Assembly: GCA_009783465.1 (NCBI GenBank) | Contig: WRDM01000007.1 | Span: 8,447-72,446 of the forward strand | DNA from: Phycisphaerae bacterium | GTDB taxonomy: Bacteria; Planctomycetota; Phycisphaerae; SM23-33 | Reading direction: 5' to 3' | Length of the DNA: 64,000 bases | Part shown: positions 25,936 through 35,145 of the stretch, piece by piece | How the letters are laid out: each line of letters starts with the position of its first letter | How positions within the stretch are numbered: position 1 is the first letter of the stretch | Notes under the pieces: model-generated | The model's database searches: none | The model's input: only the letters and a program-made list of their open reading frames with translations | What the model was told of the DNA's origin: nothing | Made by a program: the position numbers and the translations under genes

Positions 25936-26973
25936 CTAATACGCCTTCACCGACACATGCTTACCCGTCGCGCTGGACTCCACGCACGCAATCACCGCCG
26001 AGAGGGAGTTGATCACGTCGGAGGCGGGGATGGCGTTCTTGCCTCCGCGAATCGCGTCCACGAACGTGTCGACCACGCCCGAGGTCGTCTGCCCGCCCTC
26101 GTCGTTGGTCTGAATCGCCTGCATCTGGAACAACTGACGCTCGCCGTTGGCGAAGTCCGCGATCACGTTGTACTTGGGGTGATCCTCCAGCCGGAGAATG
26201 CCCTTTTCACAGTAGAACGTCGTCGCGTTGTCGCAGCCGGGACTGTGCGCCCAGCCAGCGAACACCTGGCCGATGATGCCGCTTTTCATTTTCAGCACGG
26301 CGAAGGCGGTGTCGTCCACGGAGCAGTTTTTCTTCGCGAGCGTGCCGAGCATGGCCGTCGCGGCGGCGACGTTATCGTCGAGGAACCAGCGGACCAGGTC
26401 GATTTTGTGGACGCCCAGGTCGGCCATCGCGCCCCAGACGGCTTCGGCCTTTTTGAAGAAATGGCAGTTGAGTTTGTCTGCCGACCACGCTTCCGGGCCT
26501 CCGTGCGCGAACGTCGTCGAGAACGCGATGCAACGCCCCAGCACGCCGGTCTTGAAAAATTCCTTGGCCCGCACGTGTGCCTTGTGCAGCCGCTGATTGT
26601 GCCCAATCATCAGTTGCCGCTTGGCGGCCTTCGCGGCGGCGATCATCGCCTTGGCTTCGGCGATCGACGCGCACATCGGTTTTTCGCACAGCACGTGGGC
26701 GCCTTTCTTGAGGAATGCGATGGACAGCGGCGCGTGCGACGCCGTCGGCGTGCAGACGCTGACGGCATCGACGTCGATCTTCATCGCGTCCTTCGCGTCG
26801 AACAGCGCGTGGGGCACGTTAAACTGCTCAGCCACCTCGACCGCCCGCGTTTTGTTCGTGTCCACCACAGCGACGATTTCGACGTCAGGCCGGGCGGCAT
26901 ATTCCGGCAAATGACGATGCTGCGAAATCGACCCACACCCAATCACGGCCACCTTGATCTTTTCGTTCTTCAT
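25936..26973 (-). CDS. Gfo/Idh/MocA-family oxidoreductase
   Basis: It has KVAVIGCGSISQHRHLPEY and HVLCEKPM and is of typical length. The long plus-strand ORF opposite it is a shadow ORF. Confidence 0.9.
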   Translation of the reverse strand: MKNEKIKVAVIGCGSISQHRHLPEYAARPDVEIVAVVDTNKTRAVEVAEQFNVPHALFDAKDAMKIDVDAVSVCTPTASHAPLSIAFLKKGAHVLCEKPMCASIAEAKAMIAAAKAAKRQLMIGHNQRLHKAHVRAKEFFKTGVLGRCIAFSTTFAHGGPEAWSADKLNCHFFKKAEAVWGAMADLGVHKIDLVRWFLDDNVAAATAMLGTLAKKNCSVDDTAFAVLKMKSGIIGQVFAGWAHSPGCDNATTFYCEKGILRLEDHPKYNVIADFANGERQLFQMQAIQTNDEGGQTTSGVVDTFVDAIRGGKNAIPASDVINSLSAVIACVESSATGKHVSVKAY

Positions 26974-27183
26974 TCCACGTAATCCTTAAATGTCCTTTTC
27001 GCCGCGCCCACGGCACGGACGTATTGCAAATATGCTCCCCATTGTCTCCGCCGCCACGCGTTCCCGCAAGGGACCGCGTGGAGAATGCAGGGCAAACGTG
27101 TGCACCACTATCCGATCTTCATGTTCGGCGTGAAAATCAGACAATACCCATGCGCTTGCCGCGTGGGAAACGCGATGGCGACT

Positions 27184-27543
27184 TTACCTCAGCACGTTGA
27201 TCGCGACCATGAGATACCCGATGATGAACGTGCGAACGATAATGGTGACACCGATAATGACCTTCAAACCAAACCCGTCCACATCGAGCCATTTGGCCAG
27301 AAAAATCCACAGCACGATCAGGCCGATCGGCCAACTTAGCATCCAATGAAGGTAGAGAGTGATCGGCAGCATCGCCGCATTCACCGCCAGCGCCGTGACG
27401 CCCAGTTTCCACAAGAGTTCGCTCCACGGCAGCAACGAAAAATCGGCAAACCGGTGCGCGATCGGAACGACGATCAACAACAGGATCCATGTCAGAATCG
27501 ACTCAATCAGCAACAACACCGTAAACGCGCCCAGGATTTCCAT
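27184..27543 (-). CDS. small polytopic membrane protein, hypothetical
   Basis: 119 aa from ATG 27543, with 3-4 hydrophobic helices. No family was recognised. Confidence 0.5.
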   Translation of the reverse strand: MEILGAFTVLLLIESILTWILLLIVVPIAHRFADFSLLPWSELLWKLGVTALAVNAAMLPITLYLHWMLSWPIGLIVLWIFLAKWLDVDGFGLKVIIGVTIIVRTFIIGYLMVAINVLR

Positions 27544-27865
27544 GGTACACCTCGCTCGTGACTCCCCGCGCCAGCCACGCGGAGACGATATCACAGAACG
27601 ATAGAAAACGCCAGTCTCGCGGCAAAGCCGCGTTTTTGATTCATCGAAATTCGGAAATTCATGGCGGACGGACACAGCGGGCTGGTATACTCACAGGATT
27701 GGGTTATGGTCGTGCTCTCGCAGGAATTCATAGCCTTCGGCGTCGGGTCTCGGTCTCTCGCCTCCGGCGCCGCCCAGACGATGGTTGGTGGTGACATGAG
27801 GGTCGTTGTATGCCCTGACGGAGTGGTTATGCCCTGAAAACGGCAGGCCGGGACGGAGCGTGCGT

Positions 27866-28816
27866 ATGGTGAAATATCTGCGAATTGCCGACGGAAAACT
27901 CGTGAACGCCCAGCACGATCAGGCGCAGGTCCTGGTCTTCATCGCGCCGAGCGAGGATGAGCGAAAATACCTCGTCGAGACCCTCAAACTCGACGAACAT
28001 ACCCTCAACAGCGCCCTCGACCCCGACGAACTCTCCCGTCTGGAGTTCGAGCCCGAACACGCCGCCCTCATCTTCAAACGGCCACGAAACTACTCCAGCG
28101 AAGACCAGTTCCTCTTCAAGGTCGCCTCCACGGGCGTGTTTTTATTCAAGGACTTCATGATCATCGTGCTGGCCGACGACGCGCCGCTGTTCGAGGGGCG
28201 CGGTTTCGGACGAATCGCCTCGCTCCAGGACGTCTTCCTCCGCATGCTCTACCGCAGCGTGTTCCACTACGAGGAGCACCTGCGCGTCATCAACATGATC
28301 ACCGACCAGTTGGAGCAGGAAGTCAACAAGACCATGGACAACAAACACCTGGTCAGCCTCTTCACGCTCCAGAAGAGCCTGGTGTATTATCTCAACGCCA
28401 TCACGTCCAATTTGCGGCTGATTGACAAACTCAAGATTCACGGCCTGCGGCTTGGATTTTCCGTGGAAAATCAGGAGTTTCTGGACGATTTGGTCATCGA
28501 GACCACGCAGTGCCAGGAGCAGGCCAACGTGCATTCACAGGTGTTGGCCGGCCTGATGGACGCGCGCGTCGGCGTCGTCAACAACAACCTCAACGTCCTG
28601 ATGAAGACGCTCACGCTGGTGATGATTTGCATCATGCTGCCGCAATTGGTGGTGTCGCTTTTCTCGATGAACGTCGATTTGCCGTTCCCGGCGCCGGTCG
28701 ACCGGGCCGACAATGAGATCGAGCGAGTCATGTGGCCGTTCATTGTGATCGTGATCATCTCCGTCGTCTCCATCGCCCTGACGTGGATGTTCCTGCGGTT
28801 CAAAAAGATCAAGTGA
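27866..28816 (+). CDS. CorA-family divalent cation transporter (non-canonical SMN motif)
   Basis: It has the CorA architecture, with two C-terminal TM helices. LFSMNV occupies the position of the YGMN motif. The start at ATG 27866 is preceded by GGAGCG. Confidence 0.85.
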   Translation: MVKYLRIADGKLVNAQHDQAQVLVFIAPSEDERKYLVETLKLDEHTLNSALDPDELSRLEFEPEHAALIFKRPRNYSSEDQFLFKVASTGVFLFKDFMIIVLADDAPLFEGRGFGRIASLQDVFLRMLYRSVFHYEEHLRVINMITDQLEQEVNKTMDNKHLVSLFTLQKSLVYYLNAITSNLRLIDKLKIHGLRLGFSVENQEFLDDLVIETTQCQEQANVHSQVLAGLMDARVGVVNNNLNVLMKTLTLVMICIMLPQLVVSLFSMNVDLPFPAPVDRADNEIERVMWPFIVIVIISVVSIALTWMFLRFKKIK

Positions 28817-28930
28817 GGCGGCGTAAAAACGACTGACGAATGATCTGTCGTAGATATTTTTTCCGCAAATACCGCGAATTTTTTGCGTAACGATGCATGC
28901 GTGTCGTCTCGCCGTTGGAAATGCATCGAG

Positions 28931-29300
28931 CGTCCTCCCCGTCCTCGCGCGAAATGGCCGGCACACAGCCCCAACGGGGCGTCTGATGTAGCCCAGGGCG
29001 AGCGTACTCGCGAGCCATGGGAAACGGAGCTTTTTTCTTCTCTTCTCATCGTGCCTGACGCCACTGGCCGAAGGCGTACCGTCGCCCGAAGACGGCATCG
29101 AACAACTCGCACGTTCCCGTGTGGCACCACTCGAAGCCGTACAGGCTCGTGTAGGCGACTCCGGCCAGTGGCGTCAGGCCAAATGAAGAGAAGAAAATGT
29201 CCCAATTCCCCAGGGTTCGCGGAGTACCGCTCACCCTGGGCTACCCAAGACGCCCCGTTGGGGCTGTGTGCCGGCCATTTCGCGCGAGGACGGGGAGGGT
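28931..29300. repeat. mosaic nested palindrome, copy 3
   Basis: It has the same U-V-U' architecture. It lies between the 3' ends of corA and the anti-sigma-like gene. Confidence 0.9.
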
Positions 29301-29347
29301 AATCTGTTCTCTGGCCATGTACCGTTACTACAGCACCTGGGGCGGCA

Positions 29348-31054
29348 TTATTTTTCGGACGTCTCGGCGGATTGAGTGCTTGGCGCGCTGGTCGCCTTCT
29401 TTTCCGGTTCGGGCCATTTGCCTTCGCCCTGGAGATTTCGGACGACGAGGTTGATGCGGATGTAGGCGACGCGTTGGCCTTGTACCGGGTCGGTGAGGTT
29501 TCTCACGGGTTTTCGGCCGTATTGCGGGCTGCCGGGTGGCGACGGGGCGAAATCCATCACTTCCATATCGACTTCGTAGTCGGCATCGTCGCCGAGAGTG
29601 ACATCGCAATAGCCCCAGGTCCAGAAGTCACGGTCGATCGGGGAGAGTAGGAAACGGTCCGGTCCGCCTTTGCAAAGGGTTTCACCGCGTCCGAACCCCG
29701 AAAGGGTTCCGGGGCCAGAGTGAAACTGCGGCACGAGATGGTCGCGGTAGATTTTCGGAATCGCCGCAATGGCTTCGGGCGTCATCTCCATCACGTCGAG
29801 GGCGATTCGTTGGCGCCAGACGATGGTCCCTTTTTCAACCTTTCGTCTGCTTCTATCACCCCCCTGTTGGCCTACGCCCAGCAGCGGACGATCCCACCAC
29901 CCGTCTTTGGAGAGCAGAACCTTCGCGCCCTCGGGCACGGGCAGTGGCTGGCAGAGGAAGTCGATCACGTCCTGCGTTTTCAGCGCCGGTGGCCTCGGAC
30001 CGCGTTCGTCGACGATCGCGTAGCCTTCGGGCACGTCCGTGCTGAACAGGGCGGGGTCGGGCTTGTCGATGACCTTGAAATTCCGCAGCGTCACTTCGTG
30101 CGTGTATTGATTGGGCTGGCCTTCGAACGAGACCTCCACGATGTCGATCCGCAAGGGAGCGGCCGTTTTGGCATCCGCCCATACGGTGATCGTTTCGGTG
30201 CGATTTTCGCTTTGCTTCGTGACGCGGAAACCCTGAGCATCCAGGCCGTCGATTTTCTGTGGGTCGAGTTTGGTCTCCTGGCCGTCCTGGAGACCCCACA
30301 GGTCGTCAATCGACTGGCAGAGGAAGCGGACGAAAAAGTCATCATCCTTTTCCATTTCCTCCTCGAATTCCTCCTTGCTGAACGGGCAGGCGGCCTTGGC
30401 AGGCTCGAAGAGCAACAGCGCCCGTTTCGCGCGGAAGTCCACGATGCTGATCGTCGTCTGCTCGCCGCCGGTCTCCTCCATTCGGAATCTTCCGGGTTCC
30501 AGAATCATGCAGGTGTAGGCCCCGCGGTTCGTGTAGCTGTCGCGAGTCTCCATCTCGAACGTGTAGCTTTTGGTCTTGAGTTGTTCGAGCGTCTGGGCCA
30601 GGGCGATGGTCGAGCCGCTGCCGCCGCCCCAGACGACGGCGAGGATTGCGACGGCGGCGACGACGGCGATAGACGCGGCAATTTTCGTTACGCGTGCGCT
30701 CATGAGGGTTCTCCAGATTGGCCTGTTTCGTAGCACGGGCATCTTGCCCGTGAGTCCCACGGGCGTCTCGCCCGTGGTGGTCGGATCGGCGAGGGAAGTT
30801 TCATTTACAGATTGCGTTTGCATGGGCGAGACGCCCATGCGACTCACGGGCGGGACGCCCGTGCTACGGACGGCTGGTGTTTGCGTGGCCAGACTTGTCA
30901 CGGCGTCGTGGTGTTTCGCCAGCCACGCGTCGGCGTCGAATCGTGGCGTCGTCTGGCCGACGACGCGGCGGAGGGCGGCGTCCAGTGCGGCGTCGTTCAT
31001 TGTGTCGTCGTTCAGGTTGTCGTCCTGCTCGTACGGCTGATTTTGCTCGTTCAT
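29348..31054 (-). CDS. membrane-anchored anti-sigma-factor-like protein with a LolA/RseB-like periplasmic region
   Basis: ATG 31054 overlaps the stop of the upstream ECF sigma gene (ATGA). The order is a short N-terminal cytoplasmic part, a TM helix (IAASIAVVAAVAILAVVW) and a large extracytoplasmic domain. The 728-aa ORF in the track is an over-extension into the sigma gene. Confidence 0.65.
   Translation of the reverse strand: MNEQNQPYEQDDNLNDDTMNDAALDAALRRVVGQTTPRFDADAWLAKHHDAVTSLATQTPAVRSTGVPPVSRMGVSPMQTQSVNETSLADPTTTGETPVGLTGKMPVLRNRPIWRTLMSARVTKIAASIAVVAAVAILAVVWGGGSGSTIALAQTLEQLKTKSYTFEMETRDSYTNRGAYTCMILEPGRFRMEETGGEQTTISIVDFRAKRALLLFEPAKAACPFSKEEFEEEMEKDDDFFVRFLCQSIDDLWGLQDGQETKLDPQKIDGLDAQGFRVTKQSENRTETITVWADAKTAAPLRIDIVEVSFEGQPNQYTHEVTLRNFKVIDKPDPALFSTDVPEGYAIVDERGPRPPALKTQDVIDFLCQPLPVPEGAKVLLSKDGWWDRPLLGVGQQGGDRSRRKVEKGTIVWRQRIALDVMEMTPEAIAAIPKIYRDHLVPQFHSGPGTLSGFGRGETLCKGGPDRFLLSPIDRDFWTWGYCDVTLGDDADYEVDMEVMDFAPSPPGSPQYGRKPVRNLTDPVQGQRVAYIRINLVVRNLQGEGKWPEPEKKATSAPSTQSAETSEK
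30730..30867. repeat. J-family multi-hairpin GC-rich element, copy inside the anti-sigma-like CDS
   Basis: GTAGCACGGGCAtctTGCCCGTG agt CCCACGGGCGtctCGCCCGTGG ... GCATGGGCGagaCGCCCATGC gac TCACGGGCGggaCGCCCGTGCTAC. The terminal 12 nt are inverted repeats. Confidence 0.9.
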
Positions 31055-31620
31055 GACGACCTCCGATCTCGTGCCCGTGTTCGCAGCACATGGGATTTCA
31101 CGTCTTGTTTGGCCCGGCGAAGTCGGCCATGGACGGCCTCCACGGTGATGTCCAGTTGGGCGGCGATGGCTTCGTAACTCAACTCGCCGTGGTATCGCAG
31201 ATGGAGCAGTTCGCGGGCCTCGGCGGGCAGCGACTCCAGGGCTTGCCGCACCGCGTCGTCGTCGCTGTCCGGCGTGGGCGAGGCGGCGGGGATGTCCCGC
31301 TCGCCGAGCCGTTCGACGGCAGGCCGGCGGCGTAGAATGTCGTGGGCTTCGTTGCGGCAGATCGTCGTGACCCACGGACCGAAACGGGCGGGCGTTTTCA
31401 GCGTGCGTAACTGCCGGCAGGCCGTGGCGAGCGCTTCCTGCGCGGCGTCCTCGGCGAGATGGGCATCGCCCAGCACCGCCCGCGCAACAGCCACCAGCGA
31501 CGCGTAGTAGCGATGACACAAGGCCACAAAACACGCCACCTCGCCGCCCATCGCAGCCTGCACCAGTTCGTCGTCCGATTTCGCTGTCAACTCCCGACCC
31601 TTTCCCATTGCCGGCGTCAT
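31051..31620 (-). CDS. ECF (sigma-70 family) RNA polymerase sigma factor
   Basis: Region 2 is DAEDAAQEALATACRQL...FGPWVTTICRNEAHDILRRR. Region 4 is LPAEARELLHLRYHGELSYEAIAAQLDITVEAVHGRLRRA. Confidence 0.85.
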   Translation of the reverse strand: MTPAMGKGRELTAKSDDELVQAAMGGEVACFVALCHRYYASLVAVARAVLGDAHLAEDAAQEALATACRQLRTLKTPARFGPWVTTICRNEAHDILRRRPAVERLGERDIPAASPTPDSDDDAVRQALESLPAEARELLHLRYHGELSYEAIAAQLDITVEAVHGRLRRAKQDVKSHVLRTRARDRRSS

Positions 31621-31733
31621 ACTATAGACGCAACCGGGCCCGCGAAAGGGGCGCGAAATCCGAGGGGAGACCTATAAAATCGCCCAGGACAATCGCATGT
31701 ATATTCCTCTTGTTTGCGTGGGACTTGTGTTTA

Positions 31734-31850
31734 GGCGCAACGGGCCACAGGCCCTGCCATTTTGCGTTGTAAGGCGGTATGAGCGACTGAACGTTTTGTT
31801 TGTCCAACGATCGACAACGCAAAATGGCAGGGCCTGTGGCCCGTTGCGCC
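31734..31850. repeat. H-family hairpin
   Basis: GGCGCAACGGGCCACAGGCCCTGCCATTTTGCGTTGTA...ACAACGCAAAATGGCAGGGCCTGTGGCCCGTTGCGCC. Confidence 0.9.
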
Positions 31851-31991
31851 GAGTTCGAAAGTCACGCGAAAAACCGGAAAATGGATAGGTGTTTGTCCAC
31901 AGTCAAACCCCTTTTTTCTTTTTTACGAAAGCCCGGCATTTTCCGAACCGATAGTTGAGATGTCCGTATGAAGTAGTGACCAAGCGCACAT

Positions 31992-32075
31992 GGTCGGGTT
32001 TCTCCTCCTTTTTCCCGACCCTGAGAGCAGGAGCAGGCGGTGGTTTCTCCTCCTTTCCCACCGTCTGCTTTTTTT
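31992..32075 (+). ncRNA. candidate small RNA 3' module: two hairpins with near-identical CU-rich loops plus a T7 tract
   Basis: Hairpin 1 is GGTCGGG [TTTCTCCTCCTTTTT] CCCGACC (31992-32020). Hairpin 2 is the terminator at 32033-32075 with loop TTTCTCCTCCTTTC. The 5' end is unknown. There is no credible CDS on either strand. Confidence 0.3.
32033..32075 (+). terminator. intrinsic terminator on the plus strand with no upstream plus-strand CDS
   Basis: The stem is GCAGGCGGTGG / CCACCGTCTGC (11 bp, 1 mismatch), the loop is TTTCTCCTCCTTTC, and TTTTTTT follows. Confidence 0.55.
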
Positions 32076-32111
32076 ATGCGCCGCGAGGCCGTCGCCTTGC
32101 ACGCCGGCCAC

Positions 32112-32143
32112 AAAAAAAAACTCAGAGAGGATGCCTCTCCGAG
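32112..32143 (-). terminator. intrinsic terminator downstream of the FeeM-like gene
   Basis: The minus strand reads CTCGGAGAGG cat CCTCTCTGAG followed by TTTTTTTTT. It lies 44 nt after the stop at 32187. Confidence 0.65.
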
Positions 32144-32186
32144 TTCTTGCATTCGTAGAATCACACCATGGCCTGCCGACCTGAAA

Positions 32187-33188
32187 TCACGCGCTCTTCG
32201 CGCGGCGGCGAGGCTGGATCTGGGGCTGATTCGCGTGGGCCTGGCCGACTTTCGGCATGGGAATGACGACGCGGCGCGCGCCTCGGCGGACTTCCGCGAG
32301 CCGTTCCTTACCCCAGCGGCTGCCAATCGACTCCATCGCATCGAGGCTGCATTCGCCCAGGAAACCGGTCTCCGCGAAAAGCTCCACCAGCAGCGACGGC
32401 TCGAAGAAGAAACTCCGCGCCTGCATGTCCCAGCCTGCAACCAACGCGTGATACGGATTCTGCACGTAGAAGAAATTGTTGAGGATGTGTTCCTCGGCCA
32501 GGATCAGGTCGCGGGCCTTGGCCCGTTGTTGCAGGCCCACCAGGTTCAGCCGCTTGCCCTCGACAATGTCTTCCGTGCCCGGCTCGTACTCGCGTTCGTC
32601 GCCGACGTGGTCGAACAGCAGCACCTCCTCGAAGAAGCGGGCATGCTCGGGGCTGATGGCGATGAACATATCCGTGTGCCCCGTCAGCGTCGCGTGGGCA
32701 AGACAGCAGCGGGTGAGTTCGAAGAAAATCGGCGTGTTGCGGTAAGCGGGATTGACGGCTAGATTCGTGATTTCGCACAGCCGCCTGCCCTCGGCGCGGA
32801 GGATGTCCAGTTCGCCGTTGAAGGCCTGATCCGACGGCAGACCCAGGTCCGACGAATCGGGCACCACGCTCGTCACGGCCACCACATGCCCATCGACCGT
32901 CGCGACAAACGTCGCCATCTCCGGCAGCGCTTCGTACGTCCGCAGACGCACGTGGCTGGGATGCGACGAGATAAACCCCTGGTTAACAAACACATCATGC
33001 ACCAGCGCGTACGCCTGCCGCAACAACGACGCGTCGGAGGCGCGCTGGATCGTGACCTCGGATCCACACCCGGAAAACAGACCGGCGCGGCGAAAACGGG
33101 CTACGCGGCGTCGCATTCGCACAACGTCCTCCGCCGATTGCAACGCGGTCGATGACGTGTGTTCCGTTGTACACAGATTCGGTGTCAT
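32187..33188 (-). CDS. FeeM-like N-acyl amino acid synthase (GNAT/autoinducer-synthase fold; PEP-CTERM/exosortase-associated acyltransferase type) with a C-terminal extension
   Basis: The core is LLRQAYALVHDVFVNQGF...FVATVDGHVVAVTSVVPDS..GLPSD..F...L......GRRLCEITNLAVNPAYRN. This matches the pattern I recall for FeeM/TIGR03694-type enzymes. ATG 33188 follows GGAGGA; an alternative ATG is at 33200. Confidence 0.6.
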   Translation of the reverse strand: MTPNLCTTEHTSSTALQSAEDVVRMRRRVARFRRAGLFSGCGSEVTIQRASDASLLRQAYALVHDVFVNQGFISSHPSHVRLRTYEALPEMATFVATVDGHVVAVTSVVPDSSDLGLPSDQAFNGELDILRAEGRRLCEITNLAVNPAYRNTPIFFELTRCCLAHATLTGHTDMFIAISPEHARFFEEVLLFDHVGDEREYEPGTEDIVEGKRLNLVGLQQRAKARDLILAEEHILNNFFYVQNPYHALVAGWDMQARSFFFEPSLLVELFAETGFLGECSLDAMESIGSRWGKERLAEVRRGARRVVIPMPKVGQAHANQPQIQPRRRAKSA

Positions 33189-33489
33189 AGCTTCCTCCAT
33201 CGAAGCCTACGATTCGTTTCGCCACCGTGCCACACAATCCGAACCTACGCCACACGCACAACATGATCGTGGTGGTTCGGGTGAGGCACCATGACACCTC
33301 CGAAAACAGACGCGGATGGTCGCACAAACCATCGCGAACACCGAATACTAAGAATCGTTTCGGCGCATTCAAGTAAACATATCGTCATAGTTCAAAAACG
33401 CCGATAATAATGCGGAGATTTTGTGAAAAATTTTCCACGCGTTCTCCGATTGTGAACGTTTTTTGATTCGCCGTCCATTTGGCCGATTT

Positions 33490-33592
33490 CTCGGCTTTAG
33501 GCTGTGGGCTGTGGACGCAGACGGATGGATGATTTGGCCAAATCATCCATCCGCCTACCCCCCGGCCCGCAGCCTAAAGCCCACGGCCGAGA
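33490..33592. repeat. F-family nested palindrome in the divergent NAS / ligase intergenic region
   Basis: The outer arms are CTCGGCTTTAGGCTGTGGGCTGTGG ... CCCGCAGCCTAAAGCCCACGGCCGAG. The inner perfect palindrome is GGATGGATGATTTGGCCAAATCATCCATCC. Confidence 0.9.
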
Positions 33593-33644
33593 CATGAGCA
33601 CATGGATGCGACCGACGGTATAACCATAGCAAAAATAAAATGAT

Positions 33645-35075
33645 ATGAACCTGCTGACCGGCATTATCAACCGCGTTGTCCGCTATCGCTACAAGCAACT
33701 CCAGCGTGGGTTGCGGGCCGTCGACCACGATGGCTGGCGGCAGCGGGCGGACAAGGCGGCCATCGACGCGTTTCGCGACGCCGCCCGCCGCGTGCCGGCG
33801 TACGCACAGCTTCTCCGACAGCGCGGGATCGATCCGAACCATGTCGTCACGGCTGAGGAGTTCTGCCGCCTCGTGCCCGTCGTGGACAAGGAGACGGTTT
33901 TTCCACAAAACGACCTGAAAAATCTCTGCGTGGGCGGGCATCTCGACGACGTGCGGCTGTTCTATTCCAGCAGCGGGCACAGCGGGATTTTCTCGTTCGG
34001 CCTGGAAACATGGGCCGACGCGCGATCCAGCGCCTTGGCGCTGGAGTTCATTTTACAGGACCGCTTCGGCGCGCTGGACCGGCGGACCATGGTCATCAAC
34101 GCCCTCTCGATGGGCGTGAAAATTCATACGCGAACGCTTCCGCTGGCTGAGACATCCGTGCGGGAGGACGTCATCTGGGGGCTGCTCAAGAAACTGCGAG
34201 GCGAGTTCAAGCAGTTCATCCTGATCGGCGAGGCGTTGTTTCTCAAGCAGGTCGTCGAGGGCGGCGTGCAGGCGGGCGTGGATTGGCCGGGCATGCGGGT
34301 GCATCTGGTCACCGGCGGCGAGTACATCGCACAGACCTATCGCGAACATCTGGAACGGCTGCTCGGCATCGACCCGCGACGGGAGGACGCCGCGCTGGTG
34401 GGCGTCAGTTTCGGGCTGTCGGAACTGGGCACGAGTTTGATGTCCGAGACGGCCCAGACGATCACGTTGCGGCGACATCTCGTCAACGACAAACCGCTCG
34501 CCGCCGAACTCGGCCTGCCGGACGTCGGATTCATCCCGCCCATCATGCCGTACATACCGACGTACACGTACTGCGAGGCCGTCCCCGCCGACGACGGGCG
34601 AAACGAACTGGTCGTCACCATGCTTCAGCCTGGCAGAAAACTGCCGTTGATCCGCTACAACACGCACGACACCGTGCACCTGCTGTCGCGAAAGCACGCA
34701 CAGGCCGTGCTGGCGGCGAAAGGCTTGCAACACTTGCTACCCCCGGACGCGCTGCCGCTGGCGATGCCGATGGGAAAACTCGCGTCCCTGCCGGCTGGCG
34801 ATGGAAAACAGATCTACCCCGAAACGGTGAAGGAAGCCTTGTACGAATCCGCTGACGTCGCCCTGGCAACGACCGGCCGATTCCGGCTGATCGACGGCGG
34901 CCAACTGCTGCTCCAACTCAAGCCGAACCAGACCTGGCCAGCCTCGCACGAACAGGCCCTGCGCGAATCTCTGGCTAAGCGAGACCTTGGCAACGTGTCG
35001 ATCCAGCCGACCCCATGCGAACAATTCCCCGGCAGCATGACGCTGGATTACGAACGCAAGTGCAAGTATGTGTGA
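33645..35075 (+). CDS. adenylate-forming enzyme, phenylacetate-CoA ligase / coenzyme F390 synthetase-like (PaaK/CapK family)
   Basis: It has FYSSSGHSG (a P-loop-like SSGTTG equivalent), VTGGEY and LIRYNTHD (an RYxTGD equivalent). Length and N-terminal layout are typical of the PaaK-like family. Confidence 0.7.
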   Translation: MNLLTGIINRVVRYRYKQLQRGLRAVDHDGWRQRADKAAIDAFRDAARRVPAYAQLLRQRGIDPNHVVTAEEFCRLVPVVDKETVFPQNDLKNLCVGGHLDDVRLFYSSSGHSGIFSFGLETWADARSSALALEFILQDRFGALDRRTMVINALSMGVKIHTRTLPLAETSVREDVIWGLLKKLRGEFKQFILIGEALFLKQVVEGGVQAGVDWPGMRVHLVTGGEYIAQTYREHLERLLGIDPRREDAALVGVSFGLSELGTSLMSETAQTITLRRHLVNDKPLAAELGLPDVGFIPPIMPYIPTYTYCEAVPADDGRNELVVTMLQPGRKLPLIRYNTHDTVHLLSRKHAQAVLAAKGLQHLLPPDALPLAMPMGKLASLPAGDGKQIYPETVKEALYESADVALATTGRFRLIDGGQLLLQLKPNQTWPASHEQALRESLAKRDLGNVSIQPTPCEQFPGSMTLDYERKCKYV

Positions 35076-35081
35076 GGCCAG

Positions 35082-35116
35082 AAAAAAAGATGGATGGCTT
35101 TCGCCATCCATCTTTG
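35082..35116. terminator. bidirectional terminator hairpin between convergent genes
   Basis: AAAGATGGATGGC tttc GCCATCCATCTTT is a 13-bp perfect stem. It is flanked by A7 on the left (T7 for the minus strand) and TTTG on the right. Confidence 0.6.
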
Positions 35117-35145
35117 TAATGCTGCGAACGTATGTCCAGTGAAAC

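Noticed and set aside
31055-31534. N-terminal 160 codons of the 728-aa ORF 29348..31534
   Set aside because: They overlap the ECF sigma-factor gene in another frame and are Arg/Pro/Ala-rich. The ATG at 31054 forms an ATGA overlap with the sigma stop, which is the usual sigma/anti-sigma arrangement.
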